Of a DNA stretch of 64,000 nucleotides, positions 38,227 to 47,600 are shown in pieces. Numbering within the stretch: position 1 is the stretch's first letter; every line of letters begins with the position of its first letter. The translations under genes were made by a program, and so were the position numbers. Below the pieces are notes generated by a model. That model saw nothing but the letters and a program-made list of their open reading frames with translations, ran no database searches and had not been told where the DNA came from. This DNA comes from a virus. The stretch is from positions 32,001 to 96,000 of IMG/VR virus record IMGVR_UViG_3300042691_023183, one strand, 5' to 3'.

Positions 38227-39438
38227 ATGATAACCAAATCGATAAAAGAACTTATTTTTGTTAACCGGAACACTGTGTTTTCTGGTAACATTGTTACATA
38301 TTATATTAAATCTAAAACGGATTTATTTGATGCGGCTAAAGCTATTGCATTGGGACAAAGTGTTGGGAACCCAGAAAAAAGATCCGAATTTGAAAGCAAC
38401 GAATTGTTTGAAACATTTTGTGCCAAAGTTATTATAGACGACGTTGATTTTTCTAAAAATGAAGGATCGGTTGATATTTATTATCCAGACTCCAATTTCA
38501 ATTATCAAGAAGATGGAATAACACATTTTTTAACCACTATTATGGGTGGACAAGTTGATATTGACATCATTCAAAAATGTCGAATAACAAACATACAGTT
38601 TTCAAATAAATTCACATCCATATTTAATGGACCGAATCTTGGTTTATATGAAATGCGGCAGTTGTGTAACATCAATGATAAAACACCGTTATTTGGTGGA
38701 ATTATCAAACCGAAAATCGGACTTAATGTAAATGATTATGTAGAAGTTGTTAAAATTTATGCGGATAATGGATGTAATTTTATCAAAGAGGATGAAATTT
38801 TATCAAATCAATCGTTTTGTTCAATTGAAAAACGACTTGAAAAGATTGGTGATTATCTTAGAACCAACAACATTAAGATGGTCTATGCACCATCGATAAC
38901 GTGTGACCATTTATATTTAGAGGACCGTATACGTAAAGTCCATAATATGGGAATAAACGGTATCCACATCAATATTCATAGTGGATACGGTGCATATAAA
39001 TTGGCAAAAGATCTTAATCTATCTATGTTTTTACATTATCAGAAAAGTGGAGATAGGTTATGGACAAATCCACAACACGATTATTCTATAGATGAATCAG
39101 TTTTGTTTGAAATTGCAAGTCGATGTGGATGTTCTACACTTCATGTTGGTATGATTGGTGGATATTTAAATAGCGATTCTGATAGTTTGAAGAAAACTAT
39201 AAAGAAACTAGTTGAATTAAATTCTGTGCCAGCTTTAAGTTGTGGAATGCATCCGGGGTTAATTGAATATATTAAATCCGAACTTGGTCATCCAAACTGG
39301 ATGGCAAATGTTGGTGGATCAATTTCATCACATCCGATGGGTAGTAAAGCTGGCGTAAAAGCGATGGTCCAATCGATTCAAAAAACATACGGTGATGAAT
39401 ATTACACAGCAATTGAAACGTGGGGATTAAAGAAATGA
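38227..39438 (+). CDS. RuBisCO-like protein (form IV-like RLP)
   Basis: GGIIKPKIGL, FIKEDE (carbamate Lys/Mg site), LHVG, LSCGMHPG, VGGSISSHPMG..AG.KA. Confidence 0.92.
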   Translation: MITKSIKELIFVNRNTVFSGNIVTYYIKSKTDLFDAAKAIALGQSVGNPEKRSEFESNELFETFCAKVIIDDVDFSKNEGSVDIYYPDSNFNYQEDGITHFLTTIMGGQVDIDIIQKCRITNIQFSNKFTSIFNGPNLGLYEMRQLCNINDKTPLFGGIIKPKIGLNVNDYVEVVKIYADNGCNFIKEDEILSNQSFCSIEKRLEKIGDYLRTNNIKMVYAPSITCDHLYLEDRIRKVHNMGINGIHINIHSGYGAYKLAKDLNLSMFLHYQKSGDRLWTNPQHDYSIDESVLFEIASRCGCSTLHVGMIGGYLNSDSDSLKKTIKKLVELNSVPALSCGMHPGLIEYIKSELGHPNWMANVGGSISSHPMGSKAGVKAMVQSIQKTYGDEYYTAIETWGLKK

Positions 39439-40160
39439 CTTTAAACGTTGTTATACCAGCTGCTGGTCTTGGTACTCGATTTAATACCACAATTCCAAAA
39501 CCTTTACTGGATGTTAATGGATCTCCGATGTTAGCGAGAGTTATAAATAACTTTCATCATCGTGATGTAAAGTTTTTTGTATGCATTCTTAAAGAGCATC
39601 AACAGAAATTTAATATCATAGATAATGTAAAAACATACTGTGACACATCATCGATCAACTATGTTATCATTGATGAACTTACAGATGGACCTGCTCGAAC
39701 ATCCTATTTTGTAAAACAACATATTAATGTCGATGAACCATTGATCGTGACAAATTGTGATCAGGTTATTTTTGATTTGGATTTGGATAAACTAACGTCT
39801 TTTTCAGAAAAGAAATCAGCAGATGGAGTCGTTGGGACGTTTTATTCAAATAGTCCAAAAAATAGTTATATTAGATTAAATGATGATGGGTTAGTTACAC
39901 AAGTTAGAGAAAAAGAGGTTATTAGTAATTATGCTACAAACGGACTTCATTTTTGGTCAAAAGGATCTTATTTCTTTGAGTCATGTGACGAAATGTTTTC
40001 TCGAAATGACAGAGTAAATAATGAGTTTTATGTTGGACCAAGTTACAACTATATGATCAACAAAGGAATGAAAGTTGTTCAATATTTTTTCAATGAACAT
40101 TTTCCAATAGGAATCCCACAAGATTTAGAGTTATTTAAAAAAATAGATGAAAATATTTGA
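39435..40160 (+). CDS. Sugar-phosphate nucleotidyltransferase
   Basis: IPAAGLGTRF, PKPL, TDGPA, NCDQ, EK, NNEFYV, IGIPQD; ATGA-coupled to the RLP. Confidence 0.88.
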   Translation: MTLNVVIPAAGLGTRFNTTIPKPLLDVNGSPMLARVINNFHHRDVKFFVCILKEHQQKFNIIDNVKTYCDTSSINYVIIDELTDGPARTSYFVKQHINVDEPLIVTNCDQVIFDLDLDKLTSFSEKKSADGVVGTFYSNSPKNSYIRLNDDGLVTQVREKEVISNYATNGLHFWSKGSYFFESCDEMFSRNDRVNNEFYVGPSYNYMINKGMKVVQYFFNEHFPIGIPQDLELFKKIDENI

Positions 40161-40473
40161 TTCAAAACCGTTTATGGATAAAGGCGGTTGGTTTATTGGA
40201 GATTTCGAACCAACTGTTTTTAAAACGACTGCATTTGAGGTTTCATACAAACTCCATTATAAAGGAGAGAGTTGGCCAACTCACCACCATAAGGTAAGTG
40301 AAGAAATAAACTTTCTAATTCGTGGTAGAATGACTATTAATGATGTAGTTATTAATGTTGGAACCATATTCATCATTGATCGATATGAATCGATAAAACC
40401 AGTATTTCTGGAAGATTGTGAACTAATTGTTGTGAAAGTTCCGTCTTCGAAAAATGACAAATATGAAGATTAA
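40147..40473 (+). CDS. Cupin-like small protein
   Basis: GWFIGDFEP, H.HK..E, VVKVPS..DKY. Confidence 0.75.
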   Translation: MKIFDSKPFMDKGGWFIGDFEPTVFKTTAFEVSYKLHYKGESWPTHHHKVSEEINFLIRGRMTINDVVINVGTIFIIDRYESIKPVFLEDCELIVVKVPSSKNDKYED

Positions 40474-40475
40474 TT

Positions 40476-41108
40476 ATGAGCAATATAGATCAAAATTTAT
40501 ACGTTAAGAATACATCAAATGTTAATGGACTTTCTTATCTACCATCTTTCAAAAATGAATATGATAACGACGTTGACTGGCCCCGATGGTTTGATGTAAA
40601 AAACGGGATTCCAAATGAAATTAGTGATGCGAACAAAGAAGCATTGGATGATATTCTACGTAAGGTCAATGTAAAAAACGTCATTGAAATTGGTATTTCT
40701 CGTAATGATACAAGATCTTTTACCACACAACTACTTTACGCAAAGAAAGGAATTTATTGTGGAATTGATATTGAGGACAAAACATTTTTGAATGATCATT
40801 TAAATCGTGTATATACAATCAAAGCTAATTCACATGATCAATCAACTATACGTTCATATTTAAATACCATTGGATTGAAAAAATGTTCTGTATTATTTAT
40901 CGATGGATGGCACTCGGTTAATACTGTTATTAATGACTGGAAATATACAGATTTGCTTGATGACAATGGTGTCGTTATTTTTCATGATACTAACTATCAT
41001 CCGGGTCCAAATCTTATTATTGATGCAATTGATCGATCCATGTATAGGGTAGTAAAGTATTGTGATGGTGGTTGTGATTGGGGTATTGCAGCTGCGTATA
41101 ATTTATGA
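40476..41108 (+). CDS. Class I SAM methyltransferase (Methyltransf_24-like)
   Basis: IEIG, GID, LFIDGWHS, GVVIFHD. Confidence 0.82.
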   Translation: MSNIDQNLYVKNTSNVNGLSYLPSFKNEYDNDVDWPRWFDVKNGIPNEISDANKEALDDILRKVNVKNVIEIGISRNDTRSFTTQLLYAKKGIYCGIDIEDKTFLNDHLNRVYTIKANSHDQSTIRSYLNTIGLKKCSVLFIDGWHSVNTVINDWKYTDLLDDNGVVIFHDTNYHPGPNLIIDAIDRSMYRVVKYCDGGCDWGIAAAYNL

Positions 41109-41941
41109 TACACGTATATATTCTAACATATAATAATAACCAAATCTTAAACGGATGGGCATTAAAATCATTACACGAATCAGAGTATGACCGTGATAAA
41201 GTCAAGGTTTTTGTAATAAACAATCACAGCAATATTGTTATTGAGGAACAATATAAACAAACTGTTACTGTATTAAACAATGTATTACGTCCAGATTTTT
41301 CAACTGGACATTTGGCCAGAAATTGGAATCAGGCAATAATGAGAGGATTTGTTAATTTGAATAATCCTCAATGTGAATATGTTATCACATGTCATAACGA
41401 TACCGTCTTCAAAAAAGACTGGTATAATAAATTAATGAAACATGCACGTATATACAACTATATTCAGTTAGGTGCTGGCGATCAATTTCAAATGTTTAGC
41501 CCAATTGCTGTAAAATATATTGGCATGAACGATGAACGATTTTGTGGAAACGGTGTACAAGAAGCAGATTATTTGTTACGTGCCAGATTATATTTTGGAC
41601 AACATTCGACTATTAATGACTATAGTCATGATCGAATTCATAATCCAATTGAAGAAAATGACGTGATCGAAACGACACCCCTTGGATGGCAACATTCAAA
41701 AGACATCCACGCATTGTATGTACGATTTCATCCGATTTGTTATACTATTTTTAAGAAAAAGTGGGGAATATCTCCTATCGAATGGAGTCGTTATGATGTT
41801 CCATTTGACAGTCTTGAACCACTAATTGATAACTATATTTTATACCCATATTTTGAACGGGATATCATTACATTAAAACAACAAAAATACGTTTGTGAAG
41901 ATACTTCGCTTGATGAAATTTGTAAACTAAGAACCAGATGA
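41105..41941 (+). CDS. GT-A fold glycosyltransferase
   Basis: ILTYN, INNH, LARNWN, HND, IGMNDERF..EAD. Confidence 0.7.
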   Translation: MIHVYILTYNNNQILNGWALKSLHESEYDRDKVKVFVINNHSNIVIEEQYKQTVTVLNNVLRPDFSTGHLARNWNQAIMRGFVNLNNPQCEYVITCHNDTVFKKDWYNKLMKHARIYNYIQLGAGDQFQMFSPIAVKYIGMNDERFCGNGVQEADYLLRARLYFGQHSTINDYSHDRIHNPIEENDVIETTPLGWQHSKDIHALYVRFHPICYTIFKKKWGISPIEWSRYDVPFDSLEPLIDNYILYPYFERDIITLKQQKYVCEDTSLDEICKLRTR

Positions 41942-42399
41942 AACTCATATCACACAGAGGCAACTTACATGGACCAAATCCGGATAAAGAAAACCATCCA
42001 GATTACATTACCTCTGCATTAAAAGCTGGACATGATGTTGAAGTTGATGTATGGTATCAGAATAACAAGTGGTATTTGGGACATGATAACCCTGAATATC
42101 AGGTTAAGTATGATTTTCTAGCAGAACGTAAGTTTTGGCTACATGCCAAGAATGGAGATGCGTTTCACCTATTGTTACAAGATTTTACGTTGAATGTATT
42201 TTGGCACACCGATGAAGATTGGGTATTGACAAGTAAACGATATATTTGGACTTATCCTACCAAACAATTATATCCTGAAAGCATCTGTGTAATGCCAGAA
42301 CGGGGTTGGATGGGTGATCTTACAAAATGCTATGCAGTATGTACTGACTTCGTAAAAGAATTTCCAGAACAGTTTGAACAAGAATATTGGCTAAATTAG
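41938..42399 (+). CDS. GDPD/PI-PLC-like phosphodiesterase
   Basis: ISHRGN, EN, DVEVDVW, LGHD, WLHAKN, FWH, VCTD. Confidence 0.8.
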   Translation: MKLISHRGNLHGPNPDKENHPDYITSALKAGHDVEVDVWYQNNKWYLGHDNPEYQVKYDFLAERKFWLHAKNGDAFHLLLQDFTLNVFWHTDEDWVLTSKRYIWTYPTKQLYPESICVMPERGWMGDLTKCYAVCTDFVKEFPEQFEQEYWLN

Positions 42400-42401
42400 T
42401 T

Positions 42402-43241
42402 ATGATTAACGTAAGTTTATATGATGGATCATTTGCACATGCATATTCGTGTTCAAATGGAGATTTGAATATTTTATCAAAACATGTACATTTTGATAGA
42501 GAAAATATACATGACATTGCGTTTTTTACGGATGGGTATGTTACGTGTGATAGTATAGATAACCATAACCACAAACGAAAAATTGCGTGGTTATTGGAAC
42601 CAAGATCTATTTTACCTGATTTGTATAGTTTTGATATAGACTGGAGTAAATTTGATTTTATTTTAACTCACGATAAACAGTTCATTAAAGACGTTCAATC
42701 GCATACAAATGCCAATGTGTATTGGTATCCTGTAGGAGGAACTTGGCTATATGAAAGTGATTGGGTCATATATCCAAAGACTAAAAACTTATCTATCATT
42801 GCGTCTGGAAAACGGGAAACTGTTGGTCACAAAATGAGACACGATATTATTGATCGTTTTCGTAGTCATTTTGATGCAATACACGGACGTGGTTATCAAT
42901 GTGTCGAATATAAATTTGAATCGTTGGCACCATATAGGTTTTCAACTATTATTGAAAACGCTCGTATAGATGACTATTTTAGTGAGAAACTTATTGATTG
43001 TCTACTGACGGGTACCATACCAATTTATTATGGAACCAACAACATAGGAAATTATTTTGACACGAACGGTATGTTGTTGATCGATAACGTTGATTCGTTT
43101 AGTAATATAATTCCGATGTTAAACGAAGAGTATTATGAATCCAAAATGGACATAATTCTTGAAAACTACAATCGTGCCAAAGAATACGTCAATACCGAAG
43201 ACTGGATTTATAACAAGTATAAAGATATACTGTTTGTATGA
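42402..43241 (+). CDS. GT10 alpha-1,3-fucosyltransferase-like
   Basis: LLEP, YRFSTIIEN, DYFSEKLIDC...GTIPIYYG. Confidence 0.85.
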   Translation: MINVSLYDGSFAHAYSCSNGDLNILSKHVHFDRENIHDIAFFTDGYVTCDSIDNHNHKRKIAWLLEPRSILPDLYSFDIDWSKFDFILTHDKQFIKDVQSHTNANVYWYPVGGTWLYESDWVIYPKTKNLSIIASGKRETVGHKMRHDIIDRFRSHFDAIHGRGYQCVEYKFESLAPYRFSTIIENARIDDYFSEKLIDCLLTGTIPIYYGTNNIGNYFDTNGMLLIDNVDSFSNIIPMLNEEYYESKMDIILENYNRAKEYVNTEDWIYNKYKDILFV

Positions 43242-43936
43242 TTACAGATTTGTTTAACATACTGGATTCTGTTGAGATAATCAACCTTGATGAAAGAACT
43301 GATAGGTTTGATAGAATATCAACACATCTAAATAAAATCGGATTTAACGGACGTTTTAATAGGTTTTCAGCTATAAAACGTGAACATACAGAACTTACAC
43401 GTTCTGAGAATGCAAGACTTGGGTGTTTTTTAAGTCATTGTAACGTGATTGAAAACGCTTATAATAAAAAACAAAAATATGTACTTGTTCTTGAAGATGA
43501 CTGTGAATTTATAGAAAATAACATCAGATACTTCAATTTTCAGAGTCTATGTGAAACCATTCAAAATATTCAGTTTGATATGGTATATCTAGGAGCAACG
43601 TACTATCATTTAGAATCAACATCATTTTCACAGTTGGATAAAGTTAAACCATATGGGTGTAATGCCGCGTTTTGCGTAATTATTAATATTCAGTCAATGT
43701 TTGAGAAAATAATTAATGAATACGTGGATGAAGATCATATTACAAATTTGGCAAAAAACAACCGTACAGATTATTCTAAAACCACGATTGATGGAGCATA
43801 TAATTTTTTGAATCCGGTACGATATGCCACGGATCCAATTCTAGCGACTCAATTTTCATCATTCAGTGATATAGAACAGGTTGACGTGTCGTATCCACTG
43901 GTAACCATGTGGAAAGATGCAAAATCGAAGATATAA
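43238..43936 (+). CDS. GT25-like glycosyltransferase
   Basis: INLDERTDR, RFSAI, GCFLSH, VLEDD, YLG. Confidence 0.85.
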   Translation: MITDLFNILDSVEIINLDERTDRFDRISTHLNKIGFNGRFNRFSAIKREHTELTRSENARLGCFLSHCNVIENAYNKKQKYVLVLEDDCEFIENNIRYFNFQSLCETIQNIQFDMVYLGATYYHLESTSFSQLDKVKPYGCNAAFCVIINIQSMFEKIINEYVDEDHITNLAKNNRTDYSKTTIDGAYNFLNPVRYATDPILATQFSSFSDIEQVDVSYPLVTMWKDAKSKI

Positions 43937-43993
43937 AAACTGGACATTTCAGGAAATCATAGTAAAGTATAGGAACAATAAACGAAAAAAGTT

Positions 43994-44737
43994 ATGACAA
44001 AGACAAATCTACAAAAATTCATTAGCAAGTATTCTCTTAACGGAGAAGTAACCGCAGTTAAGTGGAATCTTTCCACCAAGGACAATCAGATCAGTCTGAG
44101 TGCCATCACAAACGACAAGAGTTTGGTTTATGATGTGAACTGGAAGAATGTCGAAGGACTTTCTGCTGATTATGAGATTGGTGTGTATGATACCGATAAG
44201 TTGCAGAAGATGTTGAAGGCTCTTGGTGAGGATATTACCATGACAGTTAATCAGAATGAGGGACGTGTGACTTCATTGTCATTTTCTGATGGTACTTCGG
44301 AAATTCAGTTTATGACCGCTGAGTTGACTGTGATTCCCAAGTCTTCACGATTGAAGGGTCAACCCGCGTACAACTTTGAAATCGATCTCACTAAGGATTT
44401 CATTGCCAAGTACCGTAGTGCCAAGGATGCGTTGTCTGACGAATCCAAGTTCACCCTTCTCATGAACAAGAAGAGTAAGAAGGTTCAGTTGGTTATCGGA
44501 TACGCTTCAATCAACAGCAATCGTGTGACTTTGGATGTTCCTATTAAGAGTGGAACTGCGAAGCTCGAGAAGTCGTTGAACTTCAACGCTGACTTCCTCA
44601 AGAGTGTGTTGGATGCTAACAACGAGTGTGAAAATGCGGTGTTGAAGGTTTCCGAGTCAGGATTGGCAACTGTTCAGTTCAGTACTGATGCCTTTGAAGC
44701 TGTTTATCATTTCGGTCCAGTTCAAGCTAACGACTAA
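43994..44737 (+). CDS. DNA sliding clamp (gp45-like)
   Basis: Size and IGVYD..KL pattern; immediately upstream of the clamp loader. Confidence 0.75.
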   Translation: MTKTNLQKFISKYSLNGEVTAVKWNLSTKDNQISLSAITNDKSLVYDVNWKNVEGLSADYEIGVYDTDKLQKMLKALGEDITMTVNQNEGRVTSLSFSDGTSEIQFMTAELTVIPKSSRLKGQPAYNFEIDLTKDFIAKYRSAKDALSDESKFTLLMNKKSKKVQLVIGYASINSNRVTLDVPIKSGTAKLEKSLNFNADFLKSVLDANNECENAVLKVSESGLATVQFSTDAFEAVYHFGPVQAND

Positions 44738-44742
44738 GTATT

Positions 44743-45711
44743 ATGGATGCCTTTTTTGAAGAGGTTAGTCACACCAACGATGAAAAGGTTCATAGTTTGT
44801 GGGTCGAGAAGTATCGACCCACAACCCTTGAAAACTATATCGGTAATGAGAACATTATCACGACTATCAAGTCGTATATTGATCAACAGAACATTCCTCA
44901 TTTGATGTTGTATGGTGGTGCGGGTACTGGCAAGACTACTCTTGCTAAACTTCTTACCAAACAAATCAATTGTGATGTTTTGTATATCAATGCGTCTGAT
45001 GAAAACAAGGTTGATAACGTTCGAACCAAGATCAAGACTTTTGCGTCTTGTGTGGGTATCAAACCGTTGAAGGTTATCATTCTTGACGAGTGTGATTATA
45101 TGTCACCTGAGGCACAAGCGGCTCTTCGTAACCTGATGGAGACGTTTAGTATGTCTACAAGGTTCATTCTTACGTGTAACTATCATGAGAAGATGATTCT
45201 TCCGATTGTGTCACGTTGTATGACTTTTGAGATTGCTCCGATGACTAAGGTTTCGGTGGCAGTTCATATGACCAAGATTCTTAAGACTGAGAATGTTGAG
45301 TATCAGAATGATGACTTGGCTTATATTGTTAACACGTACTATCCTGATATTCGTAAGATTATCAATGTGACACAACAGTCTACCTTTGAAGGTAAGTTGA
45401 AAATCAATAAGGAGTCATCCTTAAAGACTGATACTCACCAAAAGTTGATTGACATGATCAAGAGTGGTATTGGTAAGCCTACTGCGTTCAATGAGATCCG
45501 ACAGTTTCTTGCGGATCAACGTATTAAGGTGTACGATGATTACTTTGCGGTTCTATACCAGAAGGTAGATGAATACGCTAACGGTAAACAAGCGATTGCT
45601 ACAATCATCATTTCGGAATATATGTATCAGTGTAGTTTGTTGATTCCTCCTTTGAAGGAGATTGCGTTGATGGCGTGTATCAGCAAACTTCTGAACGATT
45701 TACGAAAATGA
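44743..45711 (+). CDS. Clamp loader ATPase subunit (gp44/RFC small)
   Basis: WVEKYRP, GAGTGKTT, NASDE, ILDECD, SRC, PDIRK. Confidence 0.95.
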   Translation: MDAFFEEVSHTNDEKVHSLWVEKYRPTTLENYIGNENIITTIKSYIDQQNIPHLMLYGGAGTGKTTLAKLLTKQINCDVLYINASDENKVDNVRTKIKTFASCVGIKPLKVIILDECDYMSPEAQAALRNLMETFSMSTRFILTCNYHEKMILPIVSRCMTFEIAPMTKVSVAVHMTKILKTENVEYQNDDLAYIVNTYYPDIRKIINVTQQSTFEGKLKINKESSLKTDTHQKLIDMIKSGIGKPTAFNEIRQFLADQRIKVYDDYFAVLYQKVDEYANGKQAIATIIISEYMYQCSLLIPPLKEIALMACISKLLNDLRK

Positions 45712-45896
45712 AACCGATTGAGTTAATTACAAAAACGTTTGGCAAACGTCCTTGGTATAATAGGTTGGAAAATGGGTTAAATAAACGTGAGTTTATTATA
45801 TATGCTAATTACTATCCATATACTGAGGACGGCAAAGTGTATGACTTTGCCAAATCAAATAAAATTAAAATAAGTATACGACCATTGGGTGGTTAA
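45708..45896 (+). CDS. Small hypothetical protein (ANYYP family)
   Basis: ATGA-coupled; IYANYYP shared with 46279..46482. Confidence 0.6.
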   Translation: MKPIELITKTFGKRPWYNRLENGLNKREFIIYANYYPYTEDGKVYDFAKSNKIKISIRPLGG

Positions 45897-45914
45897 TATA
45901 TATAACCACAAAAT

Positions 45915-46286
45915 ATGGTTACAATCAGTGTCGATGAAGGTTATGCGTTTGATATCTTGACTATTTTTCAAGTCAAGATACATAATTGTACTGATCCAGT
46001 TAAACTTGAAACGAGTAAACGTGGATTTTCCATGCTTTATGAAGAATTGAAAGTCCAATTGGGTCAAGACAAGTTATCTGAAATATTAAACTCAAAAGAG
46101 TATGATGACTTGTATGCAGAAAATCAAACAACGTTTGTGTTGGTTGATGCAATTCGTTCTAGTAATGAAGTTTCAATTGGTAAAGACATTGATAATACTA
46201 ATTTAGCACGTTTCGACTGCAAGCGTCGTTTGCAGTCGAAATTTTTTAATTCACAGATGGTAGAAACCAAAACAAAACATGAATAA
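45915..46286 (+). CDS. Hypothetical protein (DUF6165-like)
   Basis: SVDEG.AFD.LTI..VK; N..R...K pattern. Confidence 0.65.
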   Translation: MVTISVDEGYAFDILTIFQVKIHNCTDPVKLETSKRGFSMLYEELKVQLGQDKLSEILNSKEYDDLYAENQTTFVLVDAIRSSNEVSIGKDIDNTNLARFDCKRRLQSKFFNSQMVETKTKHE

Positions 46287-46482
46287 ACGTCAAATTCTTA
46301 AAGAGGTGTGGGATAATTGGGCCGGTAAAGAGTGGTTCAAGTATGCTAATTATGAAAATGAACAATCAAACAAGATTGTGATTCAAGCAAACTATTATCC
46401 TACGTTAGAAATGCCACAGTTTAGAATCTTTATGGGTAAATATCCTGAGATTCAATATGAGGTAACATATCCAAGAGGTTAA
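46279..46482 (+). CDS. Small hypothetical protein (ANYYP family)
   Basis: IQANYYP; paralog of 45708..45896. Confidence 0.6.
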   Translation: MNKRQILKEVWDNWAGKEWFKYANYENEQSNKIVIQANYYPTLEMPQFRIFMGKYPEIQYEVTYPRG

Positions 46483-46485
46483 TTT

Positions 46486-47046
46486 ATGGGTATGTATGAT
46501 GACATAGTGTGTAAGTATCCTCTTCCTTTACCGGAGGATCCCAAGGGGTATGTACAAGATCGTTTTCAGACCAAAGATCTTGAAAACTTATTGAATCTTT
46601 ATGAGATTCGTGAGGATGGCACATTGTGGTTGTATGAATCGGAACATGTATGTACTGATGTTGATCCTGATGGGTGGCCAATTGTTGTAGAAAAAAATAA
46701 ACGTTGGTCATTCGTTAAAACAACCCGATGTATATCAATGTATGATTACCAACGTTCAAATGGTGATTATGATTATAGTATTGAGTATGAGATTGTTTTT
46801 ATTGATGGTGTGATAGACGAAATCAAACTTATAAAGTTTGAAACGTTTGATAATACTATACGAAAAGAAAACGACAGAATGTTTATTGAAGAACTCAAAC
46901 TTAGAAAGAAGTTTGAATCAACGTTAAGGTACAGGTTAATTTATCGGTGGTATAATAAGTCTATTTATAAGGTCTCTATGTGGTTAAATCTTTTTGGAAA
47001 TAGATTATCAAGTGTGTCATTTAAGTTACATAAGTTTACTGTATGA
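46486..47046 (+). CDS. Phage hypothetical protein
   Basis: MGMYDDI...FQTKDL...Y.I..DG.L pattern. Confidence 0.7.
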   Translation: MGMYDDIVCKYPLPLPEDPKGYVQDRFQTKDLENLLNLYEIREDGTLWLYESEHVCTDVDPDGWPIVVEKNKRWSFVKTTRCISMYDYQRSNGDYDYSIEYEIVFIDGVIDEIKLIKFETFDNTIRKENDRMFIEELKLRKKFESTLRYRLIYRWYNKSIYKVSMWLNLFGNRLSSVSFKLHKFTV

Positions 47047-47600
47047 ATAAAGATCAGTTTAACATTTTGCCAAATTATATTAATAAGAAGTTGGAAGTCA
47101 GTGAAGTAAAACAAGAACTAAAGTCAGTTAATATAAAAAGCACAGATGTGCCCGATTTATCAATTGATACAAAAATATCAAATGATGATTGGGTTATTTA
47201 TTTAAACGGCAAGTATAATTATGAATATCCCAGTAAAAAGTTTTGGTGTAAACCTCAATTTGTTATTCGTCCACAACTTCCAAAAACCGTATTCAAATAT
47301 TTGTTTTTGACTTTATCGATACCCGATGTTGAAAATAATAAAATAACTGTAAAAAATCGTGATGAATTATTGTTTGAAAGTAGTAATGTTAATCAAGATA
47401 TTGACATAATTTTAAAATACAAAAATGAATATACTTTCAACAGTTTGCCATTTACTCCTCAAAACTCCGAAGATAAACGAGTTCTGGGATCTTATATTGC
47501 AAGTATAAAAATAGTAGACAACGATAATTTCACATATCCAATATCATTAAGAAATATAGTCGTATTCGACTGTAATAGAATGTCTCAATTCATTGTATGA
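47043..47600 (+). CDS. Hypothetical beta-rich protein with EDKRVLG motif
   Basis: Motif shared with the middle domain of the next gene. Confidence 0.6.
   Translation: MNKDQFNILPNYINKKLEVSEVKQELKSVNIKSTDVPDLSIDTKISNDDWVIYLNGKYNYEYPSKKFWCKPQFVIRPQLPKTVFKYLFLTLSIPDVENNKITVKNRDELLFESSNVNQDIDIILKYKNEYTFNSLPFTPQNSEDKRVLGSYIASIKIVDNDNFTYPISLRNIVVFDCNRMSQFIV

Noticed and set aside
38227-39438. True CO2-fixing RuBisCO as an auxiliary metabolic gene
   Set aside because: The loop-6 Lys, H294, N123 and E60 equivalents appear substituted, and no small subunit, PRK or AMP-pathway genes are in the window.
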